Assembly (NCBI GenBank): GCA_963748625.1
Contig: CAVVJT010000010.1
Span: 1,248,001 to 1,312,000 of the forward strand
From: an uncultured Chloroflexia bacterium
Lineage (GTDB): Bacteria; Chloroflexota; Limnocylindria; Limnocylindrales; CSP1-4
Direction: 5' to 3'
Length of the DNA: 64,000 bases
The position numbers and the translations under genes were made by a program. A model generated the notes under the pieces. That model saw only the letters and a list, made by a program, of their open reading frames with translations. It made no database searches and was not told the DNA's origin. Positions 56,933 to 64,000 of the stretch are shown here, piece after piece (positions within the stretch are counted from its first letter, which is position 1; each line of letters starts with the position of its first letter).

Positions 56933-58309
56933 GTGGCGGTCAAGAAGACCAAGCGGGCAGGGGCCCAGTCCATCGGCGACGTGTTCGCGGACATCGGCAG
57001 GGCGCCGCGCCGCCGGATCCCGGACGACGAGATGGATCCGGAGGTCGCCTACCAGATCGTCCACGACCAGCTCATGCTGGACGGGAACGCTCGCCTCAAC
57101 CTTGCGACGTTCGTCGGCACGTGGCTCGAGCCGCAGGCCCGCCGCCTGATGGACGAGACGTTCGACAAGAACATGATCAACAAGGACGAGTATCCGCAGA
57201 CGGCCGAGATGGAGATGCGCTGCGTCGACATGATCAGCCGCCTCTGGCACGCGCCCGACCCGGAGGATTCGCCCGGGTGCTCCACCACCGGTTCATCGGA
57301 GGCGGCGATGCTCGGCGGTCTGGCGCTCAAGCGCCGCTGGCAGGACCGGCGGCGGGCCGAGGGCAAGCCCATCGACAAGCCGAACATCATCTTCGGCACC
57401 AACGTCCAGGTGTGCTGGGAGAAGTTCGCGCGCTATTGGGACGTGGAGCCGCGCGAGGTGCCCGTCGAAGGCGACCGCCTGCACATCGACCCGAAGGGCG
57501 CAGCCGACCTGTGCGACGAGAACACCATCGGCGTCGTGGGCATCCTGGGCTCCACCTACGACGGCAGCTACGAGCCGATCGCGAAGATCTGCAAGGAGCT
57601 CGACAAGCTCCAGGAGCGTACGGGCCTCGACATCCCGGTCCACGTGGATGCGGCCTCGGGCGGCTTCTTCGCGCCGTTCCTGGAGCCGGAGCTGGAGTGG
57701 GACTTCCGCCAGGAACGCGTCGTGTCGATCAACGCGTCGGGCCACAAGTACGGCCTGGTGGCCCCGGGCGTGGGCTGGATCATCTGGCGTGACGAGGAGC
57801 ACCTGCCCGAGGAGCTGATCTTCAAGGTCAACTACCTGGGCGACATCATGCCCACGTTCGCGCTCAACTTCAGCCGGCCCGGCGCCCAGGTCGTCGCCCA
57901 GTACTACAACTTCATCCGCCTCGGCTTCGAGGGCTACCGGCGGGTCCAGCAGTACTCGCGCGACGTCGCCCAGGACCTCGCCCGCGAAGTGGAGAAGCTG
58001 GGCCCGTTCGAGCTGGTCACCCGCGGAACGGACCTCCCGGTCTTCGCCTTCAAGGTGCGTGACGAGATCACGAACTTCAACGTGTACGACGTGTCCGACG
58101 CGCTGCGCGAGCGGGGCTGGCAGGTGCCCGCGTACACGTTCCCCAAGAACCGCGAGGACCTCGCGGTCCTGCGGGTGGTCGTGAAGCGCGGCTTCACGCA
58201 CGACGTGGCGTCGCTGTTCGTGGGCGACCTGCAGCGCCAGCTGCCCAAGCTGGAGCGCCAGGCCGCGCCGGCCAAAGACGCGGAGTCGAGCTCGGGGTTC
58301 AAGCACTAG
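56933..58309 (+). CDS. gadB: Glutamate decarboxylase
   Basis: LDGNARLNLATF, KNMINKDEYPQT, HVDAASGGF, SINASGHKYGL, LNFSRPGAQV. Confidence 0.95.
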   Translation: MAVKKTKRAGAQSIGDVFADIGRAPRRRIPDDEMDPEVAYQIVHDQLMLDGNARLNLATFVGTWLEPQARRLMDETFDKNMINKDEYPQTAEMEMRCVDMISRLWHAPDPEDSPGCSTTGSSEAAMLGGLALKRRWQDRRRAEGKPIDKPNIIFGTNVQVCWEKFARYWDVEPREVPVEGDRLHIDPKGAADLCDENTIGVVGILGSTYDGSYEPIAKICKELDKLQERTGLDIPVHVDAASGGFFAPFLEPELEWDFRQERVVSINASGHKYGLVAPGVGWIIWRDEEHLPEELIFKVNYLGDIMPTFALNFSRPGAQVVAQYYNFIRLGFEGYRRVQQYSRDVAQDLAREVEKLGPFELVTRGTDLPVFAFKVRDEITNFNVYDVSDALRERGWQVPAYTFPKNREDLAVLRVVVKRGFTHDVASLFVGDLQRQLPKLERQAAPAKDAESSSGFKH

Positions 58310-58407
58310 CGCCGGGCGTCGCTCCTGCGTCATACACCCGGAGACGATCGTCCTCGATTCGAGTCTATGCGCGGGCCTCTGCTGGCGTGGCCACGGGGCG
58401 CGGCCGG

Positions 58408-59793
58408 TCAGCGCCCCAGCCCGCGTCCTGCGAGGAGGATCCCTGCCGCGTCATACCGCCGGGAGAGCTCGCCGAGTCGCTCGAGGACGGCTGGGGAGTA
58501 CACGCGGCGGTTCCTCGCCGGGCTGCTGCCTGCCGCGAAATTGGGCAGCGCCGTGCCGGTCAGCCACGGTGTCATGGCGTCGTACAACGCGGTCGCGTGG
58601 GCCGCAACCGCATCCGCCAGCGGGGGCACCGCGATCCCGATGGCCAGCATCGTGTACCCGGCGTCAGGGCTGCCGAAGGCGTGGCGGTCCGGGTCGCCCG
58701 CGGCGATCGCCCCGCCCATCTGGCGGATCTCCACGAGCAGCTGCGGAGAGGCAGCCGCGGGGCCGGCGAGGCGCAGGATCGTCTCCACCGCCTCGGGCGG
58801 CAGGTCGCGCAGCAGGCCGTGGTGCTCCATCGAGGGGAGCGGGTCCACGGGATCGGCGTGGATCATCGCGAGCGCTCCGTACGGCAGCGGGCCCACCGCG
58901 TCGATGAGGCTCGGGGCAACCTCGCGCATCGGCGCGAGGGCGGCCTCGCCGGCTGCCGCATCGCCGGTCCAGGCGAAGCGCACCGCGACGGTCGAGCGGC
59001 CGGCCAGCGGCTCGGGGACACCCGGCATCACCGGCAGCTGGAGCAGGACGACCGAGGTCGTGGCCTCCGGCGGCAGCCCGGGACACCACTCCGCCCACCG
59101 GCGGACCACGGCCGCCGCGTGCGCCCCGTCGAAGTAGATGGCGCCGGCGTAGATCTCGCGGATCGGCAGCAGGTCGAACTCGATGGCGGTGACGATGCCG
59201 AGGGCGCCCTTGCCGCCGCGCAGCCCCCAGAACAGGTCGGGGTGCTCGGTCGCGCTGGCGCGGCGGAGCTCCCCGTCGCCGGTCACGACATCGAACGAGC
59301 GCACGAGGTCCGCGGCGACCCCGAGCGTGCGCGCCAGGGGGCCCATGCCGCCCCCGGTCGTGTAGCCCACGACACCAACCGTCGGTGAGGACCCGGCCAG
59401 CGCGGCGAGACCGTGCGGCGCAGCGGCCTCGAGCACCGCCTGCCAGCGGACGCCTGCCTCCACGCGGGCCCAGCGCTCCTCGGCGTGAACCTCGACGCCG
59501 GTCATCCGGGCCGTCCGCACGAGCAACGCACCCGACAGGTCGTCCGCCGCACCGTGCCCGGTCGCCTGGACGGCCACGGGCACGCCGTTGGCCGCTGCGA
59601 AGACCACTGCCGCCACCACGTCGCTGGCGGTGACGGCGTCGATGACCGCCAGCGGCTCGGTGAGGACAGACACGTTCCACGGGGCACACAGCTCCGGGTA
59701 CTGCGGGTCGCCCGGAACGGCGAGCGTGGACACACGAGCGGCAAGGGGGGCGAGGTCGAGCGGCTCGTCGGAGGGGGACAGGCTGGTGGGCAC
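58408..59793 (-). CDS. FAD-binding oxidoreductase (berberine-bridge/VAO family)
   Basis: VQATGHG, VGVVGYTTGGG, HPDLFWGLRGG, C-terminal LPNF...RYD. Confidence 0.92.
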   Translation of the reverse strand: MPTSLSPSDEPLDLAPLAARVSTLAVPGDPQYPELCAPWNVSVLTEPLAVIDAVTASDVVAAVVFAAANGVPVAVQATGHGAADDLSGALLVRTARMTGVEVHAEERWARVEAGVRWQAVLEAAAPHGLAALAGSSPTVGVVGYTTGGGMGPLARTLGVAADLVRSFDVVTGDGELRRASATEHPDLFWGLRGGKGALGIVTAIEFDLLPIREIYAGAIYFDGAHAAAVVRRWAEWCPGLPPEATTSVVLLQLPVMPGVPEPLAGRSTVAVRFAWTGDAAAGEAALAPMREVAPSLIDAVGPLPYGALAMIHADPVDPLPSMEHHGLLRDLPPEAVETILRLAGPAAASPQLLVEIRQMGGAIAAGDPDRHAFGSPDAGYTMLAIGIAVPPLADAVAAHATALYDAMTPWLTGTALPNFAAGSSPARNRRVYSPAVLERLGELSRRYDAAGILLAGRGLGR

Positions 59794-59923
59794 GGGTCGC
59801 CTCGGTGCGGCACGCGCTGCGGCCCCGGGACGTGGACCGCATGGGCGAGCACTCGAAGGGTACGAAAGACGCCCGGCGACAGCACTGCACGTTCCGCGCG
59901 CCGGTCCGCGAGAGGAACGGGGG

Positions 59924-59985
59924 TTGACAAGGCCGCCGACGCGTCTATATTACGTCGCACGATATATCGGTCGTCGTTATATAGG
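59924..59985 (+). promoter_or_regulatory. Sigma70 promoter and likely PadR operator
   Basis: TTGACA(59924)-N16-TATATT(59946); palindrome CGATATATCG (59960-59969) flanked by CTATA...TATAG. Confidence 0.7.
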
Positions 59986-59991
59986 AGTCCC

Positions 59992-60315
59992 ATGCAGCCC
60001 CGGATCCCCGAGCTCGGCCGGTTCGCCGAGCCAGCGCTCCTCATCCTCGTCAGCCTCAGCGACGGGCCGAAGCACGGCTACGCGATCATGGCCGACGTGG
60101 AGGCCGGCACCGGCCGGCCGCTGGGTCCGGGAACCCTGTACGCCGCGCTCGCCCGCCTCGAGGAGCGTGGCCTGATCGAGGCCCTGGCGCCCGTCGACCG
60201 CCGCCGGCCTTACCGGCTGACCGCGGTGGGCGCCACGATCCTCGCCGAGCAGCTCCACGGGCTCTCCGAGTTCGCGCAGCTCGGCCTCCAACGGCTCGGC
60301 AAGCCGACAGGCTGA
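59992..60315 (+). CDS. PadR family transcriptional regulator
   Basis: LILVSLSDGPKHGYAIM...LGPGTLYAALARLEERGLI...RRRPYRLT. Confidence 0.93.
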   Translation: MQPRIPELGRFAEPALLILVSLSDGPKHGYAIMADVEAGTGRPLGPGTLYAALARLEERGLIEALAPVDRRRPYRLTAVGATILAEQLHGLSEFAQLGLQRLGKPTG

Positions 60316-60321
60316 CGGGCG

Positions 60322-61150
60322 ATGCGTCCCATGCGTCCCATGATCAACCTGCTGCTCCGCTGCTACCCGGCGCGCTGGAGAGCCCGCTACGGCGACGAGT
60401 TCGCCGCGGTGCTCGAGGAGCGGCCGCTCGGCCCGTTCGACGTGGCCGACGTCCTGCTCGGCGCGCTGGATGCCCACCTGCATCTCCGCGGCCTCGGCGC
60501 CGCGTCCCAACACGCAAAGGGGTTCGCCATGTCACTCCGCATTGGAGGGTATGCCGCCATCCTCGGCGGCAGCCTGTGGTTTGCTGCCCTCGCCGGCAAC
60601 GCGATCAACGACGGCGCCGATTTCGGGCTCATCCGTGTTCGGTATCGCGCTCATGACGTCGATCGTGGTGGCGGTGGCCGCGACGCTTGTGGCGCTCGTC
60701 GGCCTCAGCGCCTTCCAGGCACGCCGCCATCCTGTGTTGACTTGGACTGCCTTCGCAATCCCGGCGATCGGGGCGGTCGTCGGGTTGCTCGGGGTTGTCG
60801 CGATGGTCGTCGCCGGCGACACCGACAGCACCGTTGTTGGTGGCCTGAGCGCGTGGGCGATCTCGACGATCGGCATGACCGCGCTGGTCCTCGGCTCCGC
60901 ACTGTTTGCGATCGCCACCTGGCTCAGCGGCAGCCTGTCGCGCGCGGCATCGGCCATGCTGTTCGTCGGTGCGCTCCTCGTCGTGCCTGCGATTGGAGGC
61001 GTGACCGGTGGCGTCGTTCCGCCGTTGCTCGGGTATCTCGTCCTCGTGGCCGCGATCCTGGCGTTCCCAGTTGGCTGGATCGCTCTCGGCGTCAGCGCTC
61101 TGCGGGTCACCGGCCCCAGCCCCATCAAGCTCGAAGGAGCGTCCCTGTGA
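60322..61150 (+). CDS. PadR-associated membrane protein; 1-nt insertion near 60625
   Basis: LLRCYPARWRARYGDEF N-terminus; the TM helices continue in ORF 60470..61150 after removing one G from TTCGGGCTCA. Confidence 0.75.
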
Positions 61151-61473
61151 GGCGATTCGTTCGTCCCGCGCTCGGCGCAGTCGTTCTCCTCGCGCTGGCT
61201 ACCACGCCGGCGCTCGCCAGCCACACCCACGTCATGGCACTGGGCAACGGGCAATGCGTCCTGCTGGCCGCCAACGGCGGCGAAGAGCACGTGACACTGC
61301 CGATGGCCGTGTTCGAGCACAACCCGAACGTCGACATCGCACCTGCGGCGGACCGGCTCCACCCGCTCCACGTGCTCGTCCACCAGGGCGTCCCCGGGGA
61401 GCACAAGGGCATCGCCGTGGCCGGGACACCCGCCGCGGCCGCCCTCTGCGCCAACGGCATCGTCAACGACTGA
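61147..61473 (+). CDS. Small secreted His-rich protein
   Basis: GTGA overlap, GAAGGAG RBS, signal peptide ...PALA|SHTH, HPLHVLVH, two Cys. Confidence 0.75.
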   Translation: MRRFVRPALGAVVLLALATTPALASHTHVMALGNGQCVLLAANGGEEHVTLPMAVFEHNPNVDIAPAADRLHPLHVLVHQGVPGEHKGIAVAGTPAAAALCANGIVND

Positions 61474-61564
61474 CGCCCGAAGACCCGACGGCAGGGCGGA
61501 GCACGTCCCACCCGCCCGCCGCCGGGTCCCCCGGCCTCCAGGCCCGACCTCGAGGGCTCAATCG

Positions 61565-62179
61565 ATGACCGCATCCCGTACCGACACCCCGCGGGCCACC
61601 CGCGCGCTCGGCGTCGTCGGCGCCCTCGGTGGGCTCGTTCTCCTGGCCGCGTTCGTCCTGGATATACCGCCCGGGCTGAACACCATCCGCCTCATCCTGT
61701 TCAATGCGGGCGCCATCGCCATCGCCACCGCAACGTACGGACGCCACGCAGCAGCATCGAGGCGGCTTGCGCTTGCCGGAACGATCCCGATCGTGGCAGC
61801 GAACGCGTGGGCCATCGTGTGGATCCTGCTCGCCCTGGGCCGCGAGCGGCCCTTCTCCGGCGACTTCGGCCTGATCGGCTTCTGGGGCGGCCTTGGTGCG
61901 TGGATGGCCGATGCGTGGTTCGGAGTCGTCGCGCTGCGACTGGGTGTGGTGTGGTGGCCGGCGGCGCTCGTCCTGGCTGCCGGGTCACTCATGGCGATCA
62001 CCGGCATGGACCGCCTCGAGCTCACCTCGCAGGCAAACCCCACGATCTTCGGCCCCATCGCGCTGACTGGCATCGCGCTCAACGGGGTGGCGTGGGTGCT
62101 GCTGGGGATCGACATCGCCACCGGATATCGACTCCACCGATCACGGCGAGGAGCTGGAGTCCCCGGGGGTGCCGGCTGA
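61565..62179 (+). CDS. Hypothetical multi-pass membrane protein
   Basis: About 6 TM helices. Confidence 0.75.
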   Translation: MTASRTDTPRATRALGVVGALGGLVLLAAFVLDIPPGLNTIRLILFNAGAIAIATATYGRHAAASRRLALAGTIPIVAANAWAIVWILLALGRERPFSGDFGLIGFWGGLGAWMADAWFGVVALRLGVVWWPAALVLAAGSLMAITGMDRLELTSQANPTIFGPIALTGIALNGVAWVLLGIDIATGYRLHRSRRGAGVPGGAG

Positions 62180-62384
62180 CCTCGCGGGGCGCCAGCCCAC
62201 TGCGGGCACGGTCAGTCCCGAGTTCGCGGCTGCCGAGGAGCGCCTCTGGCACTCCCTGCACGCGGCACCGGTGCAGCGCCGGGTCAACCTCCTGCGTCTT
62301 GGATCGGCCATCCGCGTCCAGGAGCTCGGCGCCGGCCCACCAGTACTACTCCTCCACGGTGGCTCGACGTGCGGGACCAGCTAG
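62169..62384 (+). pseudogene. Truncated alpha/beta hydrolase (N-terminal fragment)
   Basis: IRVQELGAGPPVLLLHGG then a stop; no nucleophile elbow downstream. Confidence 0.75.
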
Positions 62385-62547
62385 GTTGTGAGTCGCGCAG
62401 ATCAGCCGCCACCCGGCGACACAGTCGACGTCGACCGGCTGCTGGGTGACCTCGGCCGCGACGATCAGGCCGTCCCCGGGCGCGGCGAGCTGGGCGTTGG
62501 CGAGGTCGTCCTCGGTCAACTGGGGGTGTGGTCGCTGCAACAGGCTC
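62381..62547 (-). mobile_element. Internally deleted IS1182-like transposase remnant
   Basis: Minus-strand peptide NAQLAAPGDGLIVAAEVTQQPVDV (DDE region) joined to WRLICATHNL (C-terminal motif); end-like sequence GAGCCTGTTGCAG. Confidence 0.6.
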
Positions 62548-62558
62548 TCTGCGGACAG

Positions 62559-62772
62559 GATCCGCCCGGCTATTCCTGCGCGTGGATTGGTTCCCCGATC
62601 CATTCCTGCGCGGATCGAATTGGCCAACAATCCCCGTGGTGAGATCCGCCCATAGCGTGCAGGGGTCATGCAGCGAACCCCGGGTTCAGGGCCCGAGCCC
62701 TGCACGGACTGCCCCGGTTCCATTCCTCCGCGGATTGATCGGCGATTCCATCCGCGTGGTGGATGATCCGCC
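62559..62772. repeat. Degenerate ~30-bp-period direct repeats interrupted by a hairpin
   Basis: ATTCCTGCGCG at 62572 and 62602, ATTCCTCCGCGG at 62722; 62600-62650 resembles 62720-62772; CGTGCAGGG...CCCTGCACG hairpin at 62656-62706. Confidence 0.6.
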
Positions 62773-62940
62773 AAGTGCGCGCGCCTCCCCGCGCCTCCCC
62801 CGCGCCTTCTCGTCGCGCGCCTCGCCTGGCGCGCGCGCGTTGCGGACCCCGAACCGCAACCCAACCCACACCCCTGCGGGCCGTGCCCCGTCGCAATCGG
62901 TTTCGTACTGTCGCGCCCCGCGACCGAGGAAGGGATCCCT

Positions 62941-64000
62941 GTGCCACAGAGCCGCACCCTGTACGAGCCGTCCACCGAGCACGACGCCTGCGGGTTCGGG
63001 TTCGTGGCGGACATCGCAGGGCGACCTTCCCACGCCATCGTGCGCGACGCGCTCACGGTGCTCGCGAACCTGGAGCACCGTGGCGCGAGCGGCTCGGAGG
63101 CGAACACCGGCGACGGCGCGGGCATCCTCACCTCGGTCCCCCACGCGTTCCTGGGCGCGGCGGCCGCGGAGGCCGGCCACCGGCTCCCCGAGCGCGGCTA
63201 CGGGGTGGCCCAGGTCTTCCTCCCGCGTGACGCCGCCAGCCGCAACGGGGCCCTCGAGCGCTTCGAGCAGAGCCTGGCCGCCGAAGGCCTCGCGATCCTC
63301 GGCTGGCGCGACGTCCCCACGGACCCCGATGGCCTTGGCGAGACCGCCCGCGCGAGCCAGCCGAGCATCGTCCAGGCGTTCATCGCCCGCCCCGCCGACC
63401 TGGCCCTCGGCGAGGATGGCGACCTCGCCTTCGACCGCCGCCTCTACGTCGCGCGCCGGCTGGTTGAGAAGGCCATGGACCGGTGCAACCTCCCGGGCCG
63501 CGAGGACTTCTACATCCCGTCCATGTCCTGCCGGACCATCGTCTACAAGGGCATGCTCAACGCCGGGCAGCTGCTGACCTTCTACCCGGACCTGCTCGAC
63601 GAGCGCTTCACCAGCGCCGTGGGCCTGGTCCACAGCCGCTTCTCCACGAACACGTTCCCGTCCTGGGGCCGCGCGCACCCGTACCGCTTCATCAGCCACA
63701 ACGGCGAGATCAACACGCTGCGCGGGAACGTGAACTGGGTCTTCGCCCGCCAGTCCACGTTCCGCTCGACCATCTTCGGCGAGGATCTCGCCAAGATCCT
63801 GCCGGCCGTGGACGTGGACGGATCCGACACGCAGATCTTCGACAACGTGCTCGAGCTGCTGCACCTGTCGGGCCGAAGCCTTGCCCACGCGATGCTGATG
63901 ATGGTTCCCGAGCCCTTCAGCCGGGACCCCTTCATGTCCGCCGAGCGGCGGGCGTTCTACCAGTACCACTCCGGGCTCATGGAGCCGTGGGACGGGCCGG
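62941..64000 (+). CDS. gltB: Glutamate synthase large subunit (5' part)
   Basis: EHDACGFGFVA, LEHRGA, TGDGAGIL, IVYKGML, VHSRFSTNTFPSW, HNGEINT, MEPWDGP. Confidence 0.97.
   Translation, partial: MPQSRTLYEPSTEHDACGFGFVADIAGRPSHAIVRDALTVLANLEHRGASGSEANTGDGAGILTSVPHAFLGAAAAEAGHRLPERGYGVAQVFLPRDAASRNGALERFEQSLAAEGLAILGWRDVPTDPDGLGETARASQPSIVQAFIARPADLALGEDGDLAFDRRLYVARRLVEKAMDRCNLPGREDFYIPSMSCRTIVYKGMLNAGQLLTFYPDLLDERFTSAVGLVHSRFSTNTFPSWGRAHPYRFISHNGEINTLRGNVNWVFARQSTFRSTIFGEDLAKILPAVDVDGSDTQIFDNVLELLHLSGRSLAHAMLMMVPEPFSRDPFMSAERRAFYQYHSGLMEPWDGP

Noticed and set aside
62382-62384. TAG in the hydrolase as pyrrolysine or readthrough codon
   Set aside because: The downstream frame is not hydrolase-like; it is the antisense of an IS remnant.

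Overview
Very GC-rich bacterial chromosomal segment. The gene repertoire suggests Chloroflexota, probably Limnocylindria-like; this is inference from the genes only. It holds about 62 mostly housekeeping or envelope genes. Recognisable ones include an ECF sigma/anti-sigma locus with lipoproteins, AlaX, a cupredoxin, a STAND-LuxR regulator, an orphan DPPY methyltransferase, PrsW, a C-DES-like lyase with a rhodanese and an ATP-dependent DNA ligase. Further along are an osmoprotectant ABC transporter, a GT2/flippase locus, a MoxR-vWA fusion, TetR with a giant MMPL-YhgE/Pip fusion, gadB, a PadR operon and the 5' part of gltB. No CRISPR array, prophage or intact transposase was seen. Most notable: (1) a tRNA-Ile with the rare UAU anticodon; (2) four dispersed intergenic elements, each exactly 144 bp, divergent in sequence but alignable without gaps, with four CCGC-N3-GCGG-like boxes at fixed 41/51/41-bp spacing; (3) a 1875-aa MMPL-Pip fusion under a triple TetR operator; (4) an anti-sigma sensor domain duplicated as a free lipoprotein; (5) several apparent pseudo-enzymes; (6) pervasive leaderless gene starts. 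Several single-base insertions in short homopolymers suggest long-read errors. All family assignments come from motif recognition by eye, not database searches.
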